Shown: in pieces, positions 9,268 through 16,537 of the stretch
How the letters are laid out: every line of letters starts with the position of its first letter
Numbering within the stretch: the stretch's first letter is position 1
Source: Pelagibacteraceae bacterium AG-422-N09
GTDB lineage: Bacteria; Pseudomonadota; Alphaproteobacteria; Pelagibacterales; AG-422-B15
Direction: 5' to 3'
DNA: 64,000 bases
NCBI GenBank assembly: GCA_003213515.1
Contig: QCMV01000008.1
Span: 3,914 to 67,913 of the forward strand
The notes under the pieces: model-generated
The model's database searches: none
Told to the model about the DNA's origin: nothing
Seen by the model: the letters and a program-made list of their open reading frames with translations, nothing else
Made by a program: the position numbers and the translations under genes

Positions 9268-9897
9268 TTAATTCTTAATCGATATTTCCACTGCATCATA
9301 TATATTATTTCTATACTCTAATTTCGAGCTAAAATTTTGAGACAGATATTCCCCGGATTCTCTCACATGGACGAAATATTCAGCCATTTCATCTTTAAAA
9401 ATCCCAACATTATCAGCAAATACTACAGAATTTTTGACAATTATGCCCTTTGATTCCAAAAGTTTTAAATCCGAAACATACTTTTTCTTCGCATGATCAA
9501 TAAATACAAAATCAGCATTGAAGTTTAATTTTGGTATTATTTCCTCAGCACTTCCGTGCATCAAGTTTACTTTATGATCTAGTCCAGCAAAGTTAATTAA
9601 TTCTTTCGCTATTTCTATAGAGTGAATGTCTGAGTCAATCGAAGTTAATTGACTTTTTTCTCCAATAGTTGATGAGATTAATACTGCTGAATATCCAATA
9701 AAAGTTCCTAACTCTATTACATTATTTGGTTTTGACTTTAAAAGATGATTTTTTAAAATTTCTCCTTTCTCTGGTCCGACATTCATTAAGAACTGACCAC
9801 TCTCTAACACAAAATTATCTATTGTTTGCAGAATAGATTTCGGATTGTTTCTTTCAGCATTTGAAAAAACATAATCCAAAGTTTGTCGCATCAACAT
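9268..9897 (-). CDS. Catechol O-methyltransferase-like SAM-dependent O-methyltransferase
   Basis: 209-aa ORF. By eye it is collinear with animal soluble COMT over its whole length. Matching segments are TLDYVFSNAE..NPKSILQTID, MNVGPEKGEIL, VIELGTFIGYSAV, the FIDH segment (DFVFIDHAKKKY; COMT has FLDHWKDRY), ADNV and SKLEYR. Confidence 0.8.
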   Translation of the reverse strand: MLMRQTLDYVFSNAERNNPKSILQTIDNFVLESGQFLMNVGPEKGEILKNHLLKSKPNNVIELGTFIGYSAVLISSTIGEKSQLTSIDSDIHSIEIAKELINFAGLDHKVNLMHGSAEEIIPKLNFNADFVFIDHAKKKYVSDLKLLESKGIIVKNSVVFADNVGIFKDEMAEYFVHVRESGEYLSQNFSSKLEYRNNIYDAVEISIKN

Positions 9898-9900
9898 AAG

Positions 9901-10527
9901 TTATTTTAGCGGACTAGCGGCGCCCCAGTAATGATAGCTTAAAAATTTTGGTCCAGGAACATACATGCTGTCTATTTTATCTATTTTAAAATTAGCTTTC
10001 GTTATTTCATTTGGAATATCTACATCAAGATGACAACCGCCCGCTATCCTTTTTTGAATCCCGTTCATTCTTTTTTGCCATTTCAAAACATTTGAGTCAG
10101 GAGATTTGCCATGTTCAGAGAATAGAAATTTAGCGTTTGGTTTCATAACTCTGTTTATTTCAGACATAGCACTGTATAGGCCAGGAATGGAACACATTGT
10201 GTAAGTGCTAATCACTGTATCAAATGAGTTATTATCGAAAGGTAACTCCTCAGCCTTAAGTTGTTGGATATTCAAATCTATATTGTTTAATTCTGCATTT
10301 TGTTTTGCTTTTTTCAACAATACGCCATCCGGCTCAACAGCAAACACCTCAGATACATTTGCTTTATTGTAATAATTGAAATTTAATCCTGAACCAATAC
10401 CTATTTCTAATACTCTACCAGACGCAAAGGGTATGACTTTTTCTCTTTGTTTTCTGAATGGTTTCATTTGCATCGCATAATTAATGAGATGCGGACAAAT
10501 ATATTTATCGTATAGTTTTTGCAGCAA
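9901..10527 (-). CDS. Class I SAM-dependent methyltransferase (Methyltransf_11-like)
   Basis: 208-aa ORF with SAM motif I VLEIGIGSGLN. The only available start is TTG at 10527, directly abutting the upstream TAA. The conserved N-terminal YDKYICPHLINYAM segment argues against the internal ATG. Confidence 0.75.
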   Translation of the reverse strand: MLQKLYDKYICPHLINYAMQMKPFRKQREKVIPFASGRVLEIGIGSGLNFNYYNKANVSEVFAVEPDGVLLKKAKQNAELNNIDLNIQQLKAEELPFDNNSFDTVISTYTMCSIPGLYSAMSEINRVMKPNAKFLFSEHGKSPDSNVLKWQKRMNGIQKRIAGGCHLDVDIPNEITKANFKIDKIDSMYVPGPKFLSYHYWGAASPLK

Positions 10528-11553
10528 TTATTTTACACCTAATTTTTTTTGAATATCGCTTGATGAAGTTGTGTATCGAAAAGTTAGCGTTTCATCTGGT
10601 CTAGCGCGTATAAATGCTTTCTGTGCTGCTAGGGCGGCTTCATGAAAGCCTGATAGAATTAACTTTAGTTTACCTGGGTAATAAGAAATGTCTCCCATTG
10701 CAAATACACCTGATAAATTCGTTTCAAAATTTTCCGTATTTACCTCAATTTGTTTTTCATTCAGATTTAGGCCCCAATCATTAATGGGTCCTAGCTCCAT
10801 TTTAAGTCCATAAAAAATTAAGATTTCGTCGCAATCTATAATTTTTTCATTTCCGTCATTATCTTTTATGATTGCTTTTTCAACTCTATCACTGCCCTTA
10901 ACATCACTAATCTGATTTTTTGTGATCAAGTCAACTTGACCTTCTTTAACAAGTTGTTTCATTAAATTAACCGTGTGATTAGCTGCTTTAAACTCATCAC
11001 GTCTATGAACTAATGTTACATGAAAAGCAATTTTTGAAAGTTCAACAGTCCAGTCAAGCGCGCTATCGCCTCCACCAAAAATTATAATCTTTTTATCTTT
11101 ATAAAAGTTTTTATCAGGTATCGAATATTGAATACCTTTATTTTCATATTTAGATACATTTTCAATTGGTGGTTTTCGTGGCTCGAATGAGCCAACGCCA
11201 CCAGCTATAAATATATTAGGAGTTTCAAAAACTTTATTGCCCGTAGTTTTAAGTTTCCATAAGTCGCCAGTATTTATTATTTCATCAATTCTTTCATTTA
11301 GGTGAAACGGCGTATTAAATGGCTTGATTTGTTTTTGTAAATTTTCAATTAATGATAATCCAGTACACTCTGGAAGCGCAGGTATATCGTAAATTGGTTT
11401 GTCTGGATATAACTCAGCACATTGTCCTCCAATTTTGTCAAGATTATCTACAACGTGACTATCAAGTCCTAATATACCCAACTCAAATACCGCAAACAGA
11501 CCCACAGGGCCTGCTCCAATTATTAGACAATCTGTCTTGATAGTTTCAGACAT
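10528..11553 (-). CDS. Thioredoxin-reductase-like ferredoxin--NADP(+) reductase
   Basis: 341-aa ORF. It has IIGAGPVGLFAVFELG, GGQCAELYPDKPIYDIP (diagnostic of TR-like FNR), a second nucleotide motif IFGGGDSALD, and GDI..YPGK. Confidence 0.85.
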   Translation of the reverse strand: MSETIKTDCLIIGAGPVGLFAVFELGILGLDSHVVDNLDKIGGQCAELYPDKPIYDIPALPECTGLSLIENLQKQIKPFNTPFHLNERIDEIINTGDLWKLKTTGNKVFETPNIFIAGGVGSFEPRKPPIENVSKYENKGIQYSIPDKNFYKDKKIIIFGGGDSALDWTVELSKIAFHVTLVHRRDEFKAANHTVNLMKQLVKEGQVDLITKNQISDVKGSDRVEKAIIKDNDGNEKIIDCDEILIFYGLKMELGPINDWGLNLNEKQIEVNTENFETNLSGVFAMGDISYYPGKLKLILSGFHEAALAAQKAFIRARPDETLTFRYTTSSSDIQKKLGVK

Positions 11554-11605
11554 ATATTTATTCCTTGTTATATGATAATAAATAATATTACTTATTGATT
11601 ATACA

Positions 11606-12205
11606 ATGATTTTATTGCGCAGATACCTATTATATTTAATTGCAGTAATATTGATTGCTGTAGCCTTTACTTATGCCTCCGCCAAGCTTTACGAAGAATT
11701 TGCATTTATCAAGAACGACAATTGGCAAATTTTGCCATCTCCAGGCGATAAAAATAGAGATATTTACACAAGGGCCGCTGTCGCAATGAGAGGAACATTT
11801 GCTTTGGCAAAGCCTGAAGCTGCATATTTCCATGCATTTAATGACATTGAAGAACTAGAATTACAAGGCAACTGCAATTATCATTTATTCGGAAATGATA
11901 TTGAATCTAGATGGTGGAGTATCACCGTTTACAATGAGGACGGTTATTTAGTTGAAAATAATGAAAAAATATATGCTTTAAATAGTGAAACAATTGATTT
12001 CAATATCGATGGCGGGTTCGATATTTTTTTTACTAATGACAATAATTTTATTTCAAAAGTAGCTGATAAAAATTGGATGAGAACACCTAGTGATAAGAGT
12101 TTTTCCGTCGCATTAAGAATTTATTTACCAGGTGAAGAATATTTCTCAAAATTGAAGAGAGTGGATTTGCCAGTTATTGAAAAATTGGAGTGTGGCGATG
12201 AGTAA
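11606..12205 (+). CDS. Membrane-anchored DUF1214-like protein
   Basis: 199-aa ORF with an N-terminal TM helix. It has the segments YTRAAVAMRGTFALAKPEAAYF, C.Y...G......WWSITVY and LRIYLP, which I recognise from short alphaproteobacterial DUF1214 proteins. Function is unknown. Confidence 0.55.
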   Translation: MILLRRYLLYLIAVILIAVAFTYASAKLYEEFAFIKNDNWQILPSPGDKNRDIYTRAAVAMRGTFALAKPEAAYFHAFNDIEELELQGNCNYHLFGNDIESRWWSITVYNEDGYLVENNEKIYALNSETIDFNIDGGFDIFFTNDNNFISKVADKNWMRTPSDKSFSVALRIYLPGEEYFSKLKRVDLPVIEKLECGDE

Positions 12206-12725
12206 TTTAGTTAAAAAATTATTTGCACTTGTATTCATTGGGTTTTCACTTCATCTAGTGATAATTTACTACACACCTAGTTTAATGATGAAGTTTATCG
12301 GTAGAAATTGGGAAGAGCAAAATATGATTAATAATTCATTTGCTCGCGATTTACCTGACTCAGAATTTACTGAAGTTATAAGACCAAGCGCTGACATACT
12401 TTATGGTGGATGTGCTTATGACGTTACTTACTTTCCATTGGTTATAGAAACTGAAGTACCTGAGTCTTACTGGTCGATATCATTCTTTTCAGAAAACACT
12501 GACAACTTTTCTACAATTAATGAAAATGCGCACAACTTTGGTAAGCTTAAAATTTATTTGTTTGGACCAAATTCTATGCCAACAAAGGTAAATGATGGGT
12601 TTATTGTTGTTTCTCCGTCTAATAAAGGCCTTATGTTAATGAGACAATTTATAGGAAATGGTTCTAAACTTGATAAATTAAATGAGATACAAAATAGTTT
12701 AGACTGTAAACTTGAGGGTTCTTAA
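12198..12725 (+). CDS. Membrane-anchored DUF1254-like protein
   Basis: The preferred start is ATG 12198 ([15 protein letters not shown]...), which overlaps the upstream stop by 8 nt. The ORF track begins at 12177. It has an N-terminal TM helix and the segments [16 protein letters not shown] and SYWSISFF, typical of short DUF1254 partners of DUF1214. Confidence 0.5.
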   Translation: MSNLVKKLFALVFIGFSLHLVIIYYTPSLMMKFIGRNWEEQNMINNSFARDLPDSEFTEVIRPSADILYGGCAYDVTYFPLVIETEVPESYWSISFFSENTDNFSTINENAHNFGKLKIYLFGPNSMPTKVNDGFIVVSPSNKGLMLMRQFIGNGSKLDKLNEIQNSLDCKLEGS

Positions 12726-13042
12726 AACTGCTTCTCAGGCATATTAACAACTAAACCGTCTAGCTCATCAGAGACAGTAATTTGACAACTTAATCTGCTG
12801 TTATCTTTAACGTCGAAAGCAAAATCCAGCATATCTTCCTCAGAGTCCTCTTTCGGAGGCAGTTTTTCTATCCATTCTTTTGCTACATATACATGACAAG
12901 TAGCACATGCACATGCACCGCCACAATCTGCATCAATACCAGGTATTTTATTCTTGATTGCACCCTCCATGACAGTCAGCCCACTACTAACATCAATTTC
13001 GTGCTCCGCGCCGCTAAATTCGATATATTTGATCTTTGCCAT
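12722..13042 (-). CDS. 2Fe-2S ferredoxin, adrenodoxin/putidaredoxin type
   Basis: Cluster ligand pattern [12 protein letters not shown] plus the downstream SRLSCQI. The preferred start is ATG 13042 ([11 protein letters not shown]..., 106 aa), the normal size for this family. The ORF track is extended to 13099. Confidence 0.88.
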   Translation of the reverse strand: MAKIKYIEFSGAEHEIDVSSGLTVMEGAIKNKIPGIDADCGGACACATCHVYVAKEWIEKLPPKEDSEEDMLDFAFDVKDNSRLSCQITVSDELDGLVVNMPEKQF

Positions 13043-13096
13043 TGAGATTTTTTTAAGAATATTTAAAAATGCATTGCTTAAGGGGATCAAATACAT

Positions 13097-13190
13097 CAAA
13101 AAAGCGCCAAAGCAAGAATTTTCTCACTTTAGCGCTTTTTCTGGGGCCGGTCGAACCCCGAAACGCATGAACGTCTCATTGCGAACGGTC
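13097..13190 (-). ncRNA. Candidate structured RNA of unknown class (sRNA, or terminator-type leader of the ferredoxin gene)
   Basis: GC-rich island in AT-rich DNA. On the minus strand there are three consecutive hairpins. The first is 13188-13158, with an inner stem gca(a)tga/tcatgc. The second pairs gggg with cccc (13159-13143). The third is a 10-bp stem, 13136-13127 with 13112-13103, followed by a T6 run. One position of that stem is a G-U pair on the minus strand but a C-A mismatch on the plus strand. Confidence 0.4.
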
Positions 13191-13219
13191 ATTCTAGGAA
13201 GGTATTTTTTTTGAAACAA
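13191..13219 (-). promoter_or_regulatory. Putative sigma70-type promoter for the structured RNA or ferredoxin transcript
   Basis: On the minus strand, TTGTTT (13219-13214), exactly 17 nt, then TAGAAT (13196-13191). AT-rich genomes give many chance matches. Confidence 0.3.
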
Positions 13220-13293
13220 GGGGTTATTTATGCAAAAAAGTTTTCCACACGAATTAAGCACACTTATCCCCACTCAAACATTAACTTATTAAC

Positions 13294-14289
13294 ATGATAT
13301 CAAAACCGTATTTATTATTTCTTGGAGACGCAAAAGATGATTTGGCAATAAAGACTGCTGCAGGAGTTAATTACTGGCGTCCAGATTGGTGTATCGGTCA
13401 AATAAGCCTTCCAAATGCCAAATCTAGCTTAGGTTTAAAGGAAATGAGTATAGAAGAAGCTGTTAAGAATGGCGCCAAGACATTTGTTATTGGTGTAGTG
13501 AATGCCGGGGGCGTTATGCCTGAAGAATGGAAATCTATTATAATTAATGCAATATCATCTGGAATGAATGTAGCCAGTGGAATGCATACAAAACTATCCT
13601 CGTTTAGTGAAATTGCAGAAGCGGCTGAAAGAAATAATGTTCAACTTCATGATTTACGGTTTAGCAAAAAACAATTTCAGACAGGAAAAGGAATAAAACG
13701 ATCAGGCAAAAGACTACTTACTGTTGGAACAGATTGTTCTGTGGGAAAGAAATATACAGCACTCGCAATTGAAAGAGCGATGCAGAGTAATCAAATAGAT
13801 GCATCTTTCAAAGCAACTGGACAAACTGGAATCTTAATTGCAGAAAGTGGCATTGCAATTGATGCTATTGTCTCTGATTTTATCTCAGGAGCAGTCGAAT
13901 GGTTATCGCCTGACAATGATAATAATCACTGGGATATTATTGAAGGTCAGGGATCTCTGTTTCACCCTTCATTCGCAGGAGTTTCACTAGGATTGCTTCA
14001 TGGAAGCCAACCGGATGCATTTGTTGTATGTCACGAACCAACACGAACTAATATGAGGGGCGTGGATACACCTTTGCCGAGCATAAGAGAGGTTATCGAA
14101 CAGACAATACAAAATGGTAAGCTTACTAATAAGAAAATACAATGTATTGGCATTGCACTTAATACATCTAATTGTCAGTCTGAGGCAAGTGATCATAAGG
14201 ACAGATTATCTAAAGAATATGGCTTACCATGTTTAGACCCTTTACAAGACAGCCTTGATCCATTCATTCAGATTATTGAAAAAATTTGA
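13294..14289 (+). CDS. DUF1611-family protein (DgcN-like, putative D-glutamate N-acetyltransferase)
   Basis: 331-aa ORF. The N-terminus YLLFLGDAKDDLAIKTAAGVNYWRP and the P-loop-like VGTDCSVGKKYT are typical of DUF1611. It is paired with an enolase-superfamily epimerase 7 nt downstream. Confidence 0.65.
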   Translation: MISKPYLLFLGDAKDDLAIKTAAGVNYWRPDWCIGQISLPNAKSSLGLKEMSIEEAVKNGAKTFVIGVVNAGGVMPEEWKSIIINAISSGMNVASGMHTKLSSFSEIAEAAERNNVQLHDLRFSKKQFQTGKGIKRSGKRLLTVGTDCSVGKKYTALAIERAMQSNQIDASFKATGQTGILIAESGIAIDAIVSDFISGAVEWLSPDNDNNHWDIIEGQGSLFHPSFAGVSLGLLHGSQPDAFVVCHEPTRTNMRGVDTPLPSIREVIEQTIQNGKLTNKKIQCIGIALNTSNCQSEASDHKDRLSKEYGLPCLDPLQDSLDPFIQIIEKI

Positions 14290-14296
14290 AACATTA

Positions 14297-15280
14297 ATGT
14301 CTAATATTCAGATAAAGCATATATCTTGGGATTTAAATAAATCATTTAATATTTCTAGAGGTTCTAAAACTACAGCCGAAACAATTGAAGTAAAGATAGA
14401 AAGTAATAATTTTTATGGTTATGGCGAGTGTGTTCCTTATAAAAGGTATGATGAAACCATTGATAGCGTAACTTCGGAAATTAACAATTTAAAACCAGAC
14501 ATTGAAGAAGGTAATATCAACTTAACTAATCTCGATAATTTCTTAAAAAATGGGGCAGCAAGAAATGCTATTGACTGTGCGATGTGGGATCTCGAATGTA
14601 AGATTAAAAATACCTCGATTTGGAAATTAATGGGAGTAACAAAGCCAACTATATTACCTGGTAGCTATACCGTAGTATTAGATGAGCCAGAAAAAATGAT
14701 AGAGGATGTAAGTAATCATCTAGAATTTCCAACATTAAAATTAAAAGTTAATAAAAACGATCTTCACCAAATCTTAACAAAAACAAGAGAACTTTCTCCA
14801 AATAAAGTATTAATCGTTGATGCTAATGAGGCATTCAATATAGATGACTTAAAATCAAATGCTGATTTATTTGTAAAAACAAAGATTGATTTAATAGAAC
14901 AACCACTGTTATCTGAAAATGATAATGAGCTAAAAGGATTGAATTTTCCTATTTCTTTATGTGCAGATGAGTCATTTCATGACAGTTCTGATTTGGCAAA
15001 AATGGCTCATAAATATAATACGATAAATATTAAACTCGACAAAACCGGCGGTCTTTCAGAAGCAGTAAAAATAGTCGAAGAGGCAAAAAAGTTAGATCTA
15101 AAAATCATGCTTGGATGCATGGTCTCCAGCTCCTTATCAATGTTGCCGTTATTGCCGCTATATGAAAACGCGGATTTTATAGATCTTGATGGACCTTGCT
15201 TTATAGCTAATGATAGAAAAAATGGACTTATTTATGAAAACGGTATGATGCTAGTTAAGGAAGATCTTTGTTGGGGTTAA
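14297..15280 (+). CDS. Enolase-superfamily dipeptide-epimerase-like enzyme (DgcA-like, or L-Ala-D/L-Glu epimerase family)
   Basis: The preferred start is ATG 14297 (MSNIQIKHISWDL...). The ORF track begins at 14255, inside the upstream gene. It has LKLKV, IVDANEAF, IEQP, CADES and KLDKTGG, matching the metal and acid-base residue pattern of the dipeptide epimerase group. Confidence 0.7.
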   Translation: MSNIQIKHISWDLNKSFNISRGSKTTAETIEVKIESNNFYGYGECVPYKRYDETIDSVTSEINNLKPDIEEGNINLTNLDNFLKNGAARNAIDCAMWDLECKIKNTSIWKLMGVTKPTILPGSYTVVLDEPEKMIEDVSNHLEFPTLKLKVNKNDLHQILTKTRELSPNKVLIVDANEAFNIDDLKSNADLFVKTKIDLIEQPLLSENDNELKGLNFPISLCADESFHDSSDLAKMAHKYNTINIKLDKTGGLSEAVKIVEEAKKLDLKIMLGCMVSSSLSMLPLLPLYENADFIDLDGPCFIANDRKNGLIYENGMMLVKEDLCWG

Positions 15281-15281
15281 A

Positions 15282-15467
15282 TTATTTTTCTGCTTTTGGT
15301 GTAAAGATTTTCTTTCCATTGTAAGTGCCGGTTGTCATATCAACGTGATGAGAAAGTCTCATTTCACCAGACTCTTTATCTTCAATAAAATTTTTTCCCT
15401 TTAGACGTAAATGAGATCTTCTCATACCTCTTTTAGAATTCGATATCTTACTCTTTGGGACAGCCAT
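15282..15467 (-). CDS. rpmF: 50S ribosomal protein L32
   Basis: 61-aa ORF starting MAVPKSKISNSKRGMRRSH, the canonical bL32 N-terminus. Confidence 0.9.
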   Translation of the reverse strand: MAVPKSKISNSKRGMRRSHLRLKGKNFIEDKESGEMRLSHHVDMTTGTYNGKKIFTPKAEK

Positions 15468-15478
15468 TTTATTTTCCT

Positions 15479-15943
15479 TTATAATTTAGTTGGATTTGGT
15501 TCATCTCCGTAAACTTCATTAGGATCAAAAACTTTTTCTTCTGTTGTGAACCTTAATCCAGACTTATTTGCAGTATCTTCTAAGTCAATTTCGCGGTAAA
15601 AACAAGTCTTATAACCAACATGACAACTAGCGCCATTTTCTCCTATATCAACCTTCAAACAAAGGGCGTCTTGATCATCATCAATTAAGATTTCCTTTAC
15701 TTTTTGAGTATATCCACTTTTAGCTCCTTTATGCCATAAGGCATTTCGACTTCTGCTAAAGTAGAAAGCTTCTTTCGTTGTAATAGTTTTTTCAAGTGCC
15801 TCTTCATTCATAAAACCTGTCATTAAAATTTCATTAGTTCTATAGTCAACTGTTGTAACAACTATCAAACCATTATCATCAAATTTAGGGGCAAGCTCAT
15901 TGCTCTCTTCAACCTGCTGTACTGATTGTCTTTTCTTAAACAT
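15479..15943 (-). CDS. hisI: Phosphoribosyl-AMP cyclohydrolase
   Basis: 154-aa ORF with a HisI core: WHKGAKSGYTQKV, DDDQDALCLKV and GASCHVGYKTCFYR. Confidence 0.85.
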   Translation of the reverse strand: MFKKRQSVQQVEESNELAPKFDDNGLIVVTTVDYRTNEILMTGFMNEEALEKTITTKEAFYFSRSRNALWHKGAKSGYTQKVKEILIDDDQDALCLKVDIGENGASCHVGYKTCFYREIDLEDTANKSGLRFTTEEKVFDPNEVYGDEPNPTKL

Positions 15944-16017
15944 AATTTATACTTGTCAAATAATTTAGGGTGGGTTTAACTTAAAAAATTAAATAATTCA
16001 ATTAATTAAACATAAAT

Positions 16018-16515
16018 ATGACAAACAATAAAGATCCTATAAAACCTGTCAGAGCCCGAGGCGCTAGGACAACGTTTTTCCCTCCTTATGCCCTAATGAT
16101 TGGATTGATAGCATCAAGCCTCCTTGACAGTTTTTTTATACATTTGCCTTTCTTTAAAGGAAGTATGATAGTTTTAATCATCGGATTAATTATTGCTGTT
16201 TCCTCTTTTTTAATGGCTATTTACACCTTAAAGATATTTTCTGATAATGAAGAAAACCCTCACCCAAAATCAGTTCAAAATCAATTGTTTGTTGGTGGAA
16301 CATTCAAATATTCAAGAAATCCAATTTACTTAGCAATGGTAATAATTCTATTAAGTTGCGGACTTGCATTCAACTCATGGTGGTATGTAATTAGTGCGGC
16401 TATATCAATACCACTATTGACTTATGGAGTAATAATTCCAGAGGAAAAATATCTTGAAAAAGAATTCGGAAATGTTTACTTAGACTACAAGAAGTCAGTC
16501 AGAAGATGGCTTTGA
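16018..16515 (+). CDS. Membrane methyltransferase, isoprenylcysteine carboxyl / phospholipid methyltransferase family
   Basis: 165-aa polytopic ORF. The C-terminal motif YSRNPIYLAMVI....EEKYLEKEFG..Y..YKK.VRRW is typical of the ICMT/PEMT family. Confidence 0.65.
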   Translation: MTNNKDPIKPVRARGARTTFFPPYALMIGLIASSLLDSFFIHLPFFKGSMIVLIIGLIIAVSSFLMAIYTLKIFSDNEENPHPKSVQNQLFVGGTFKYSRNPIYLAMVIILLSCGLAFNSWWYVISAAISIPLLTYGVIIPEEKYLEKEFGNVYLDYKKSVRRWL

Positions 16516-16537
16516 ATTAACTTCATAAATTTTAAAT

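Noticed and set aside
13143-13160. GGTTCGA-containing hairpin (minus strand ggggttcgaccggcccc) that looks like a tRNA or tmRNA T-arm.
   Set aside because: The loop would be 9 nt instead of 7. No acceptor, D or anticodon arms can be drawn around it, and there is no CCA context. It is not a tRNA.
12954-13214. 86-aa plus-strand ORF spanning the ferredoxin 5' end and the GC-rich spacer.
   Set aside because: It overlaps the well-supported ferredoxin gene in antisense, has no motif, and its 3' part coincides with the hairpin-rich element, which is better explained as RNA structure.
13097-13219. Possibility that the structured element is the 4.5S/SRP RNA or a known riboswitch (glycine, SAM-II/V, TPP, fluoride, guanidine, ZTP).
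   Set aside because: I could not find the SRP domain IV signature (GGAA tetraloop with a flanking AGCAGC-type symmetric loop) or the conserved cores of those riboswitches. It is therefore kept as unclassified rather than named.
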